A stretch of DNA of 64,000 nt from Cenarchaeum sp. (GCA_965242695.1 CBDESU010000002.1:608001-672000), one strand, 5' to 3'; positions 46,362 to 56,377 are shown, counted from the first letter of the stretch. Program-made: numbers and translations. The notes: generated by a model from the letters alone, not told the origin.

Positions 46362-48761
46362 GTGCATTGTGAGCATGGGTGCCATGTCAGGATCGCCGAG
46401 CTCGAAGCGAGAGTTGACGAGATGGAGGGCGTTGCGAGGCGGGAGCGCGAGGACAAGGAGAAGGCGCTTGCCGCATGCCAGTTCGTCCAGGACCGCCTGG
46501 AATTTATCGAGCCGATGTACTGTACCGTGCGCCGCGACAACGAGGGCCTGTGGGCGGCCATTGCATCCATGCGGACGAGGCTGCGGGGCGAGGAGGCGGG
46601 GCGGGCAGAGGCCGAGGAGGAGCGCGACATGTACCGCGGCGCGGCGGCCGAGGCCCAGTCCCTCCGGGGGCAGCTGGCCGCCGAGACGGATGCCCGGCTC
46701 AATGCGGAGGATCACTGCCGGACGCTGATCAGCCATCTCCGCGTCGATCCGCGCACGGGCAGGACGGTGTACAGGAACGGGCCCAACACGCCGTCGTCGG
46801 CGCGCAAAAAGGCGGCAGTGGAGCAGGCGGCGGCGGCCGACGGCCGGCAGGGGGGCTCGGCAGGAGGAGGGAGAGGCGGCGGCGGCGTGAGGAGGAGGCG
46901 CACCGTGCCGGGAAGGCCCGGCGGCAGGCCGGGCCACCAGGGCCACGGACGCTCCTACAAGCCGACAAGGACGGTACGCAACAACCTCCCGCGAAACCCC
47001 GACGGGACGCTGGCCCTGCAGCCGTGCAGGTGCGGCGGGGGCCACTGGGAGCTTGTCAACAACGAGGGGCGGATCATCCTGGATCTGCGCTACATCCTCG
47101 AGTGCATAAAGTCCGTCCGGGAGATGGCCAAGTGCACCGGCTGCGGCGCGATGCGCCCGGCCGTCGACGGGCTGCCTGCAAAGGGCAGCTGGAGCCGCCC
47201 CCTGTGCGGCTTTGGCGCGTCGCTTCGGGCCCACAAGATGAGCAACGGCGACATCTCAGATGTGCTCACCGACATGGCCCCTCCGGGGATCAAGGTGACA
47301 AAGTCGAACGTGGTCGACTCGCTCGGAAGGATCTGCGATGCGTCAAGGCCCCACTCGGAGGCCATACTCTCGAAGATCAACGACGAGGCGGTGGTCTACG
47401 AGGACGAGACGACGTCGCTTGCGGTGCCGCCCAGGCACACGGCCGAGCGGGCCGAGAAGCTTGCCGTTGCGGGGTCGATCAGCGCGGCCCTGATCGCATC
47501 CGTCCCGCCAAGCGGACTGCCGGCCGTGCTTGCGGTCGATCCCTCGGCCTCGTCGTGGCCAGTCTCGGCTGCCCTGGACGCCAATGCGGCCCTTGGGCTG
47601 GAAGACTATGACTGCGCCCTCGGCATCCCGCCGCCCAGCGCGGCGGGGCCCGGCCCGCCGGCATCGGCGCCCTCGGCGCCCTCGGCTGCCGCATCGGGGC
47701 TGGAAGAGGGTCGCGGCGGCGGCGGCGGCGGCGGCGCTGGCGCCCTCGGCATCCCGCCGCCCAGCGCGGCGGGGCCCGGCCCGCCGGCATCGGCGCTGGA
47801 AGGAGAGTGGAACGGCCGCGTTGCCGCCCCCGCCGCCGCCCGCCCCCGCTGCCAGGCCTCCTCGCACCCCAATGGAGCGGCGGGCCTGCTGGCGGCTGCA
47901 CTGGCGGCGGCGGCAGACGGCATGCCCGGGCGGCCTGCGGCCGCGGCCGCGGCCCGGTGGCCGAGCCTCGGGGATGCGGCCGCGGCCGCGGCCGCAGGCA
48001 TCTCGGCCGCCTCGCTGATCGACGCGGCGGCCCGCACGGCCGCCGGCATCGGGCCGGACGAGGACCTGGTCGGGGCCGCGGCGGAGGCGTGCCTCCGGGA
48101 CGGCTCGGCCGACGGCTCGGGATGGGTATGGGTATTTGCGGCCGCCAGCGGCCTCGTCGCCTACCGGTTTGGGCTGACCCGCGCGGGCGACATGCACGAC
48201 AAGTACATGGCGGGATTCAAGGGAATCCTCGTCTCCGACCGGTTCCCGGTGTACCGGAGCAGGTTCGAGGCCGACGGCAGGCTCCAGCTGTGCTGGGCCC
48301 ACGAGCTTCGCGACATAGCCGAGGCCGCGATACGGCCGGGATCGTCGCTGGCCGTCAGGCGCCTGTACCGGGACGTGCTGGGCGTGTTCAGGGCCGCCAG
48401 GGATGCGGCCGCCGACGCCGGCATTCCCCGCACGGGGGAGCTGCGGGCCATGCACGAGAAGCGCCTGGACGACGTGCTCGACAGGTACCGCGGGTGCGGG
48501 GAGGAGGATGCGGAGAGGATGGTGGCCATGCTGGACCGGGACAAGCGGTCCCTGTTTACATTCCTAGAGCACGAGGGGGTCGAGCCGACCAACAACAGGG
48601 CCGAGAGGGCCCTCCGCTACATCGTCCTGCTGCGCAAGATATTCGGACAGATCAAGGGCGGCCGGATATCCATGGAGCGGTGGGGCCACTTTGCCACGTG
48701 CGTGATGAGCTGGCGGGCCCAGGGCAAGTCGATAATGGCAGAGGTCGCCCGGATCATGTAG
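46362..48761 (+). CDS. IS66-family DDE transposase
   Basis: Coiled coil, NTPSS, RPGGRPGHQG, CxC/CxxC, YEDET, WVWVF, LVSDRF.VY, QLCWAHELR and EPTNNRAERALR. Confidence 0.9.
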   Translation: MHCEHGCHVRIAELEARVDEMEGVARREREDKEKALAACQFVQDRLEFIEPMYCTVRRDNEGLWAAIASMRTRLRGEEAGRAEAEEERDMYRGAAAEAQSLRGQLAAETDARLNAEDHCRTLISHLRVDPRTGRTVYRNGPNTPSSARKKAAVEQAAAADGRQGGSAGGGRGGGGVRRRRTVPGRPGGRPGHQGHGRSYKPTRTVRNNLPRNPDGTLALQPCRCGGGHWELVNNEGRIILDLRYILECIKSVREMAKCTGCGAMRPAVDGLPAKGSWSRPLCGFGASLRAHKMSNGDISDVLTDMAPPGIKVTKSNVVDSLGRICDASRPHSEAILSKINDEAVVYEDETTSLAVPPRHTAERAEKLAVAGSISAALIASVPPSGLPAVLAVDPSASSWPVSAALDANAALGLEDYDCALGIPPPSAAGPGPPASAPSAPSAAASGLEEGRGGGGGGGAGALGIPPPSAAGPGPPASALEGEWNGRVAAPAAARPRCQASSHPNGAAGLLAAALAAAADGMPGRPAAAAAARWPSLGDAAAAAAAGISAASLIDAAARTAAGIGPDEDLVGAAAEACLRDGSADGSGWVWVFAAASGLVAYRFGLTRAGDMHDKYMAGFKGILVSDRFPVYRSRFEADGRLQLCWAHELRDIAEAAIRPGSSLAVRRLYRDVLGVFRAARDAAADAGIPRTGELRAMHEKRLDDVLDRYRGCGEEDAERMVAMLDRDKRSLFTFLEHEGVEPTNNRAERALRYIVLLRKIFGQIKGGRISMERWGHFATCVMSWRAQGKSIMAEVARIM

Positions 48762-49134
48762 CCGGGGCGGCGGACCGGCCGGCCCTTCCGCCGTCCGGCC
48801 TCCTCTTCTCCTTCTTCTTCCCGCCGCCCTTCCCGCTCCCCCCGCCGCCCCGCCAGCTTGCAGCGACTGCGGCCGCGGCCGCGGGGCCGAGCTCTGCCTT
48901 GATCCGCGCCGTCTCGGCCCTGATCCGCGCCGTCTCGGCCCTGACGCGGGCTATCTCTTCCATGTACCAGGCCCTGTCGCCGAGCAGCTGCTCGCGCAGG
49001 CGCATCTGCTCCTTGATGCCCTCCTCAAAGAGCCCGACCTTGGCCATCTTCTCTGCCGCCATGGCGGCCAGCATCCTACTGGCCATCCGATCGCTCGCTA
49101 TGGATCGCCGGAGCTCGTCCTCCCTGTCGCACAT
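48754..49134 (-). CDS. Coiled-coil passenger ORF inside the IS
   Basis: 126 aa with AETARIR heptad repeats. It starts about 80 bp inside the right TIR. Confidence 0.5.
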   Translation of the reverse strand: MCDREDELRRSIASDRMASRMLAAMAAEKMAKVGLFEEGIKEQMRLREQLLGDRAWYMEEIARVRAETARIRAETARIKAELGPAAAAAVAASWRGGGGSGKGGGKKKEKRRPDGGRAGRSAAPAT

Positions 49135-49273
49135 GCCGCACGATCCCGTGTTGCCGCTAGGGTCGCCGTGTCAACATCCTTCTGTCCTGCGGTAAGGGGG
49201 ATCTGACCACGTACGGTGTAGCGGCCAGAACAATGTTCCGCATCTCTTTTATACGCGGCGGGGCAGAAGCCCC

Positions 49274-49711
49274 GTGATCTTGCAGGGGAGGCAGGCGGTC
49301 GAGGGCGGACGCGACGAGGAGGCCCTGCACATGGGCGCGCCCCGCGACATAGGCCGCCATGTGCCGAATGCCGGCGGCGAGGGCAGTGGCGCCGCCACAC
49401 CCGGGCGATCGGCAGGGGAGGTGGTCAGGACGATCGGCAGGCGTCTGTCATCCCTGTTCAGGGGCGGCGACAGGCGCCGCGCCGAGACCGGCGCCCGGCA
49501 GCAGCAACGGCAGCTGCGGCGCAGCAAGTGGTGGTTTTTGTTGCCCATATTTCTGCACGCAGTAGGCGGCATCATGGCCTTCTTTGTGCTACGCGAAGAC
49601 GATGCCAGAACGGCCCGCAACTGCCTGTACCTAGGCCTGTCGCTGACGGCACTCATGCTCGGGCCGCTTGTAGTGCTAGCGGCCATGGCCGGCTCCGGCG
49701 CCATCGACTAG
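49274..49711 (+). CDS. Small membrane protein
   Basis: RSKWWFLLPIF...GGIMAFFVLREDD...ARNCLYLG. TATA ttttata at about 49247. Confidence 0.7.
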   Translation: MILQGRQAVEGGRDEEALHMGAPRDIGRHVPNAGGEGSGAATPGRSAGEVVRTIGRRLSSLFRGGDRRRAETGARQQQRQLRRSKWWFLLPIFLHAVGGIMAFFVLREDDARTARNCLYLGLSLTALMLGPLVVLAAMAGSGAID

Positions 49712-49925
49712 CGCGGCGAGTGCATTATCGCGTCTGCTGCGCGCCAGCGCGAACAAGAATGCAACCACACCACCGGCACAGCGTGACATCACCGTTCCTG
49801 CCCTCACCCCATCCATGCGAGGACCAAGAGATGGCCAGCAAGGCGTGCAGGCATGGCCCACACCACGGCGGCACGGCTAGGTGCCGCCTACGAGGGTTTT
49901 TGTAAGGACGGGTCGGCGGCAGGTC

Positions 49926-52900
49926 GTGGAGATCACTCTTGACGCCGAGCAGAAGAAGGCGGTCGAATACGATGGAGGGCCGCTACTGGTCGTGGCGGGG
50001 CCCGGAAGCGGCAAGACGAGGGTTCTTACCGAGAGGGTCCGCCACCTTGTCAGGCAGGGCAAGGCCACGCCGGAGGAGATCCTGTGCCTTACGTTTACCG
50101 ACAAGGCCGCCGGCGAGATGACCAAGCGGCTGGAAAAACAAGGAATGGACGTATCAAACATGGACATAGGCACGTTCCATTCGTTTGCCAGAAAGGTGCT
50201 GAGCGACAACGAGCTCGATACGGGGCTGGACATACACGGTGGCGTGCTCGAAAAGGCAGAGTCGGCCGTGTGGGCAATCAACCACATCGACGACTTTGGC
50301 CTCAAGAGCGTCAAGGTCGGTAACAACGCAACCGGCGTGATGAGGAGCATCATGGACGGGATCAGTTCGTTTGCAAAGGCGCTGTACACGCCGGACGACA
50401 TTGACAAGTACGTGTCCGAAAGGGTCGGCGGGGCCGACGAGGAGGAGGTGGAGGAGCTTCTCGCACTGGCAGACCTAAGTAGGGTGTACCGCGCATACCA
50501 AGAGTTCAAGAAGAGCATGCACGTAATAGACTATGACGATATGGTGTCCGAGGCCATAAGGCTGTTCGAGGCAAGTCCGACCATACGCCGCAGGTACCGC
50601 AAAAGGTACAAGCACATACTAGTCGACGAGCTGCAAGACAACAACTTCGCGCAGTTCAGTCTTGTGCGGCAGCTGGCCGAAGGCGGCAACGTCACCGGCG
50701 TCGGTGACGGGGACCAGTCGATCTACAGCTTCCAAGGCGCGTACAGGGGCATATTCGACGAGTTTAGGAGCACCTTTGAAGGAACGCATGTCGTGAACCT
50801 CACCACAAACTACCGTAGTACAGAAAACATAGTGCGAGTCACTAACGACTGGATGGAGGACAAGACGGACGCATTCGCAAAGCGGCTGCAATCTGCAAGT
50901 AAGATAGACGGGGAGAAGATTGCCGTCGTCGAGTGCGACGCAGACCGGGGCGAGGCTGAATATGTGGCCAATAAAATAGTAGAGATCGAGGGACTGCCGC
51001 ACGAGGCGGGGGCGGGGGGCAAGGGGGGCAACTACAAGGAAATTGCCATACTTACAAGAAGAAAAATCGACGGCGACAAGTTCGAGGCGGCCTTGGCAGA
51101 GAGAGGCATTCCTGTAAAGTACGCCGGCTCGACAGACCTGCTGTACACGCCAATCGTGCGTGATCTGATGGCACACATCAAGATAGCTGCAAGGCCATCC
51201 ACATCAGGCGCCGAGATCACACAGCTGATGAAAATGCATGGAATTACGGAAAAGAACATTGCGAGGATCAACAGGGCCGCAAAAATGAACATGTTCAAAG
51301 ACAAGAAGGTGGGAGGCGGAGGGGGCGACTACGTCCTCGTGACGATCAAGGGCGAAGATGGATACAGCAGGCCACGAACAACCCAAGAGAGTGAAATGGA
51401 CGAACTAGAAGCAAAAATTGACAGACTTATCGACATAGGGAGAGGAACAATGCCGCTAGACCAAGCAGTTCACGCGATCATGATGTCCGTGTCGGGCCTG
51501 TACAAGAAGGTGGTCCAAGACGACTCGAAGCACGGCAAGATGCAGCGGTGGCAGCTCAACGAAGTGCACCGCATAGCGGTAGAGCACGCAAGGCTCTACA
51601 AGGCTCGCAGTCACGAAGATCTAGAGGATTCGAGCGAGAATCGCATGGCAGAGCGTGCAAAGCGCGACAAGGAATCCACCCTGAAGGGGTTCATAAAGTA
51701 CATGTACCAGATGGGCGAGCAGGAGGGCGAGTCTAGGGACTCTCTGGCAGCCGAGAACGCCGTAGAGATCACTACTATACACCAAAGCAAGGGAAGGGAA
51801 TTCAAAGCAGTCTTCGTGCCCTGCGTTTCAAAAAACAGGCTTCCCACCACGTACAGGTCCAAAAAATTTAACGTGCCCAATGACCTGTCTAGGGACAAGG
51901 ACAGAAAAGCAGACAAGAAAGCCGTGCACAAAAACGAGGAGCGCAGGCTACTGTACGTGGCTATGACTAGGGCCAAGAACAGGCTATTCATAACTTTTTC
52001 AAAAAAGTACGATGGGAATGTAAACGACTCAAAGCCCTCAGACTTTCTTGGCGAGGGCGAGCTGGACTATAAAAACCTCGATCGAATCGCGGCCGAAACG
52101 TATCCCGGAAGCGGCGCCGGTGCTCCTGTCGAAAAGCCGGACGTCGTCGAAAAGTTAATGCGTGACAAGCAGGAGCAGGCCATTACGGCTATCGGAGGTA
52201 TGAGCCTCAATACGGCGGTGCGAAGAATTGTGGAGCTCTCAAAGATCAAATATTTTGAAATGCATGGGAAATTTGCTGGCTTCGATCCGGCAGTGGTGCT
52301 CGAGATGGAGGGGGAGGGGGGCGAAGCGGGTATGGAGGACGAGTTGAGGGGCACCAAGGGGGCGTTGCTTGACGCCGACTCGTACGAGTTTAGCGCATCG
52401 AAGATCGAGGCGTACGAAAAGTGCCCCCGACTGTTCAAGTTCCGCCATGTGCTAGAGGTTCCTAGCCGGTCCGCTGATGCTAGCCGCAAGGGAATTGCCG
52501 TTCACAAGGTTTTAGAACAGATCGGCCTGCGCCGCATGAACGGCGTGGATACTAGCGAAGAGCAGGCGCTGGAACTATTGGAAATGCACTGGGAAGGCGA
52601 TGCGTTCGACAGCAAAAAAACCTCCGACGAGAATAAAGAGGCTGCAAAGGAGATGATTTACGCCGTTATGAAGCGAGACAGTGATGCGGTAGAAGGCAGC
52701 AGTACAATTGTCGGTGTTGAGAAAAAGTTTGCGTTAGAATTGGATGAGGGCTTGAAGTTTGGGGGCAAAATGGACAGGATCGACAAGGCGGCGGACGGAA
52801 GCTACATCGTCATAGACTACAAGACGGGCAAGGCCAAGGACATAAGAAAAATAGCTGAGAATATTCAGATGAATATGTACGCCATGGGTACCGAGAGCAT

Positions 52901-53132
52901 CTACGGCAGGCTTCCCGCCAAAGCGATGCAGCTATATGTGCCAGATCTCAAGGAAGTCGGCTTTGCAATCCAAAAGGGGCAGCTGGACAAACAGCGCAGC
53001 AGGATCGCCGAAGTGGCCAAGGCGGCCCTGCGGGGCGAGTTTGCGCCCACGCCGAGCGCCAAGGCTTGCTACAGATGTGATTACCTAGACATATGCGACG
53101 ACAGACATCCCAGCTCGGAGAAGAGGCGCTGA
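49926..53132 (+). CDS. UvrD/PcrA-family SF1 helicase fused to a C-terminal PD-(D/E)XK nuclease (AddA/AdnB-like architecture)
   Basis: AGPGSGKT, VDELQD, GDGDQSIY.FQG, NYRS, TIHQSKGREF and EERRLLYVAMTRA, then SAS..YEKCP, GKMDRID, IDYKTG, QMNMY and CYRCDYLDIC. Confidence 0.93.
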   Translation: MEITLDAEQKKAVEYDGGPLLVVAGPGSGKTRVLTERVRHLVRQGKATPEEILCLTFTDKAAGEMTKRLEKQGMDVSNMDIGTFHSFARKVLSDNELDTGLDIHGGVLEKAESAVWAINHIDDFGLKSVKVGNNATGVMRSIMDGISSFAKALYTPDDIDKYVSERVGGADEEEVEELLALADLSRVYRAYQEFKKSMHVIDYDDMVSEAIRLFEASPTIRRRYRKRYKHILVDELQDNNFAQFSLVRQLAEGGNVTGVGDGDQSIYSFQGAYRGIFDEFRSTFEGTHVVNLTTNYRSTENIVRVTNDWMEDKTDAFAKRLQSASKIDGEKIAVVECDADRGEAEYVANKIVEIEGLPHEAGAGGKGGNYKEIAILTRRKIDGDKFEAALAERGIPVKYAGSTDLLYTPIVRDLMAHIKIAARPSTSGAEITQLMKMHGITEKNIARINRAAKMNMFKDKKVGGGGGDYVLVTIKGEDGYSRPRTTQESEMDELEAKIDRLIDIGRGTMPLDQAVHAIMMSVSGLYKKVVQDDSKHGKMQRWQLNEVHRIAVEHARLYKARSHEDLEDSSENRMAERAKRDKESTLKGFIKYMYQMGEQEGESRDSLAAENAVEITTIHQSKGREFKAVFVPCVSKNRLPTTYRSKKFNVPNDLSRDKDRKADKKAVHKNEERRLLYVAMTRAKNRLFITFSKKYDGNVNDSKPSDFLGEGELDYKNLDRIAAETYPGSGAGAPVEKPDVVEKLMRDKQEQAITAIGGMSLNTAVRRIVELSKIKYFEMHGKFAGFDPAVVLEMEGEGGEAGMEDELRGTKGALLDADSYEFSASKIEAYEKCPRLFKFRHVLEVPSRSADASRKGIAVHKVLEQIGLRRMNGVDTSEEQALELLEMHWEGDAFDSKKTSDENKEAAKEMIYAVMKRDSDAVEGSSTIVGVEKKFALELDEGLKFGGKMDRIDKAADGSYIVIDYKTGKAKDIRKIAENIQMNMYAMGTESIYGRLPAKAMQLYVPDLKEVGFAIQKGQLDKQRSRIAEVAKAALRGEFAPTPSAKACYRCDYLDICDDRHPSSEKRR

Positions 53133-53137
53133 TCGCC

Positions 53138-54004
53138 ATGGGCAAAGCGCGCCGCCCCCCAACGCCGAACGTGATAGCGGTCATCTGCGACTGCGACGAG
53201 ACCCTCGCGCCGAACACGACGAGCCTGCTGCTCGAGCACAACGGCATCGAAGTCGAGCCGTTCTGGGACGCCATCACGGACGGGTTCGTGCGGCACGGGT
53301 GGGATCCGCCGCAGGCGTACCTGAGCGAGATGCTCCGGCTCATGAGGGAGGGGCGCATCGAGCAGGACACGCCGGCCAAGATGCGCGCCTTTGCCAGGTC
53401 GGCCGTCAGGCCGTACCCCGGCGCGACCACGTTCATCGGCGAGCTGCGCGACTGGCTTGCGTCCGATTCCGGCATTGCCGGCGAGGGGGCGCGCCTCGAG
53501 GGGTACATCATCTCGTCCGGGATAGAGGACATGGTCAAGGGGTGCAGGTTCGCCGGCCAGTTCGACGGCATATTCGGCGCGCGCTACGCAACGGGCCCCG
53601 ACGGGCGCTACGCCGCGGTAAAGTCGACCATAACGTTCACCGAAAAGACAAAGTTCCTGTACGCGATAAACAAGGGGATCAAGGAAAAGAACCTGCGCAG
53701 CAACCCGTACTTGGTCAACACGTACGTCCCCCGCCAAGGGCGCCGCATCCCGTTCGAGAACATGATCTACATCGGCGACGGGCCGAGCGACGTGCCATGC
53801 TTCTCGGCCGTGCGCGACAACGGGGGGCACTGCATGGGCATCATCGACAAGAAGATGCCCAAGAGGGCGTACGAGCTCGCGCACGGCAGGCGCACAAACT
53901 ACGGTATATACTCGGGCGACTTTAGGGCGCGCAGCGACCTGCGGCTGGTCCTCAAGACGATCATATCCGAGATCGGCGAGAAGATGCAGCACTGCGGCGG
54001 CTAG
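53138..54004 (+). CDS. HAD-superfamily hydrolase
   Basis: CDCDETL (DxD), ISSG, EKTKFLYAINKG and YIGDGPSDVPC. Confidence 0.9.
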   Translation: MGKARRPPTPNVIAVICDCDETLAPNTTSLLLEHNGIEVEPFWDAITDGFVRHGWDPPQAYLSEMLRLMREGRIEQDTPAKMRAFARSAVRPYPGATTFIGELRDWLASDSGIAGEGARLEGYIISSGIEDMVKGCRFAGQFDGIFGARYATGPDGRYAAVKSTITFTEKTKFLYAINKGIKEKNLRSNPYLVNTYVPRQGRRIPFENMIYIGDGPSDVPCFSAVRDNGGHCMGIIDKKMPKRAYELAHGRRTNYGIYSGDFRARSDLRLVLKTIISEIGEKMQHCGG

Positions 54005-54831
54005 CGGGCGCCGCGCTGCTTGGCGGCAACGGCCAGCGCGGCGCCGCCTACGGCCAGGCCCGCGATGCCGAGCCCCATGGCCGCGTACGCGATGCCGGGA
54101 TCCGGCGGGGGCGCCGCATCGGCGGCGGCAGCGGCCGCATCGGCGGCGGCAGCGGCGGCCCGCACGCCGGTGGCCAGCCCGTCCAGGTCGGCCCTGATCG
54201 AGTCCAGCTCCGCCGTTATGTTGCCGTGCTCGGCGGCTATCTCGCGGACCCTTGCGTCGGCCGGCGCCGGAAACTCGATGTACGCTCGCTCGTCGACCTT
54301 TGGGGGGTGCATCGACAGGCTGATCCCTGTAGTGGGCAGGTCCCCGATCAGGTTGGCCTGGTAGTATCCGGATACGGTCGGGTTGACGAACGCATAGTAC
54401 TTGCCCTCGGTGTTGTGATCGGCAGACAGCGGCAGCCATATCTTCTCGCCCCTGTACACGAGCTGCACCTGCAGGTCGTCCTCCAGGCCCGCAATGCCGT
54501 CGGCAAACTCCTGCGAGGCCGCGCAGTCCATGGGAACGTCGATGTCGGGGCAGGGCTCTAGCGGGCTGATGTACAGCTCGATCCCGTTCGTCTCGCCGCT
54601 TACGACCGGCTCGTTCATCCAGCCTATCTCGATCCTGTACTCGCCGACCGCGTCGATCGTGTGGGCGTGGGCGGCCGGTAGGAACGGGGCGGCCGCGCAG
54701 GCGGCCGCCAAGGCAACGACGACAGATGCCAAGGCAAGGGTCGTCCCGCGGCCCCGTACCGATGGGCGGGTGGCCACGCCAGATGCAAGGCGGCGCGAGT
54801 GCTTCACGGCGCATCTAGCCGGCCGCCCCAT
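54001..54831 (-). CDS. Exported, membrane-anchored hypothetical protein
   Basis: Signal peptide ending AHAH, IEIGWMNEP and a C-terminal TM helix. The true start is probably downstream of 54831. Confidence 0.75.
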   Translation of the reverse strand: MGRPARCAVKHSRRLASGVATRPSVRGRGTTLALASVVVALAAACAAAPFLPAAHAHTIDAVGEYRIEIGWMNEPVVSGETNGIELYISPLEPCPDIDVPMDCAASQEFADGIAGLEDDLQVQLVYRGEKIWLPLSADHNTEGKYYAFVNPTVSGYYQANLIGDLPTTGISLSMHPPKVDERAYIEFPAPADARVREIAAEHGNITAELDSIRADLDGLATGVRAAAAAADAAAAAADAAPPPDPGIAYAAMGLGIAGLAVGGAALAVAAKQRGAR

Positions 54832-54876
54832 AAATATCCCGGCCCTGCCGCCGCCAGCGCAACGCCGTAGGCGGGC

Positions 54877-56346
54877 CTACGCATCGGCGTACATCGAGAC
54901 TTCCCAGGGCGTCGGGGTCTGCGCGAACGCGACGTACTCTTGGCGCTTCAGGTCCGAGTACTTGTCGAGAAAGTCGCGAGTAAAGACCTCTTCCAGGAAG
55001 CCGCAGTCGCTGCCGAGCGCGTCAAGGGCGCCCTTGAGCGAGGCCGGCAGCGTGCCGATGCCGTACTCGCGCTTCTTCTCGGGCGTGAGCCTGTACGCAT
55101 TCTCCTCAACGGGCGAGCCGGGATCGGCCTTGCGCCGTATGCCGTCTAGCCCCGCCAGCAGCAGCGCCGCCTCTAGCAGGTAGATGTTGGCGGTCGGGTC
55201 CGGCACCCTGTACTCGATCCTCTTGCTCTTTTGCTGGTTGCGGTAGTACATGGGCACCCTGATCGCCGCCGAGCGGTTTCCCATCCCCCAGCACACGTTG
55301 ACCGGCGCCTCGAACCCCGGCACGAGCCGCTTGTACGAGTTTGTCGTCGGGTTGGAGATGGCGCACAGCGCGGCCGCGTGGTCGAGGATGCCGCCGACGT
55401 AGTACCTGCCGGTCTGGCTCAGCTGCGCTACCTCGTCGTCTGGATCGTACATGGCGTTGGTCTCGCCGTTCCACAGGCTCTGGTGCGTGTGCATCGCAGA
55501 CGCGTTGTCGCCGTATATGGGCTTGGGCATGAACGTGGCGACCTTGTTGCGGCGCCTGGCCTTTACCCTCACGACGTTCTTGGCGGCGACCACGTTGTCG
55601 GCCATTGCCATCATGTCGTCGTACACGAGGTTGATCTCGCACTGCCCCGACGTGGCGACCTCGTGGTGCTCGGCCTCTATCTTTATGCCAAAGTAGCGGT
55701 ACAGGTCCTCGCAGATGTCCTTGCGGAACGACTCTAGCGTGTCCTTTGGCTGCGACGGGTAGTACCCCTCCTTGAGGTCGATGGCCGTGCTGATGTTGCC
55801 CTTTGACCACGGCGACTCCTTGGACTCTATCGAGTAGCCGGACCCGCCGTACGAGTGCGTCGCCGCGTACGGGGACGGGTACACCGTGATGGTGTCGAAC
55901 ACGAAGAACTCTAGCTCGGGCCCCCAGAAGGCGTGCGTCAGGCCGGCCTCGGAGAGCTTGGCGGCCGCCTTCTTCGTGATGCCGCGCGAGTCGCGGTTGT
56001 AGCGCGACTCGTACGAGGTGTTGCCCTCGTACAGGTCGCAGATGAGGCGGGCGTTCTTGCGGCGCCCGTCGTCGTACTCGGGAGGCAGTATGCAGAACGT
56101 GGACGGGTCGGGCTTTAGGATCATGTCGGACCGGTTGACCGACTTGAAGCCGAGTATAGAGCTCGCGTCTAGCTTTTCAAGGCCGTTCTTGAAGCTGTCC
56201 GCGTCGATGGCGTAGCTCGGCATGCCCATGCGCCGCAGCTCGCCGAATATGTCGACGAACCAAAAGTCGACGAACGTGATCCGCTCGTCGTCAATCGCCT
56301 TGAGGACGGCGGCCGCATCCAACGCGCGGCGGCGCCGGGGCGGCAT
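54877..56346 (-). CDS. glnA: Glutamine synthetase type I
   Basis: GPELEFF, HHEVA..GQCEI, TFMPKP, HTHQSL, NSYKRLVPGFEAP, NRSAAIRVP and RIEYRVPDP. Confidence 0.97.
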   Translation of the reverse strand: MPPRRRRALDAAAVLKAIDDERITFVDFWFVDIFGELRRMGMPSYAIDADSFKNGLEKLDASSILGFKSVNRSDMILKPDPSTFCILPPEYDDGRRKNARLICDLYEGNTSYESRYNRDSRGITKKAAAKLSEAGLTHAFWGPELEFFVFDTITVYPSPYAATHSYGGSGYSIESKESPWSKGNISTAIDLKEGYYPSQPKDTLESFRKDICEDLYRYFGIKIEAEHHEVATSGQCEINLVYDDMMAMADNVVAAKNVVRVKARRRNKVATFMPKPIYGDNASAMHTHQSLWNGETNAMYDPDDEVAQLSQTGRYYVGGILDHAAALCAISNPTTNSYKRLVPGFEAPVNVCWGMGNRSAAIRVPMYYRNQQKSKRIEYRVPDPTANIYLLEAALLLAGLDGIRRKADPGSPVEENAYRLTPEKKREYGIGTLPASLKGALDALGSDCGFLEEVFTRDFLDKYSDLKRQEYVAFAQTPTPWEVSMYADA

Positions 56347-56377
56347 TAATGAGGGTTGGGCAGGTGCGCAGGGGCGG

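Larger units (their letters stand above)
46282..49214 (+). mobile_element. IS66-family insertion sequence with a convergent second ORF
   Basis: TIRs gtacgaggtcagatccccct (46282-46301) and agggggatctgaccacgtac (49195-49214) match at 19/20, with further partial similarity inward. The 8-bp TSD ggtgtagc is at 46274-46281 and 49215-49222. Confidence 0.92.

Noticed and set aside
47420-48100. Intein in the transposase
   Set aside because: No C/S...HN-C/S/T splice motifs or LAGLIDADG blocks; the sequence is low complexity.
19746-48761. Both transposase ORFs listed as 799 aa, suggesting copies of one element or a composite transposon
   Set aside because: TIRs, TSDs and protein sequences differ, and each element has its own TSD. 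The equal length depends on an unlikely upstream start for the first.
49926-53132. Gabija (GajB) assignment for the UvrD gene
   Set aside because: No OLD-family GajA neighbour, and the protein is much longer with a fused nuclease.
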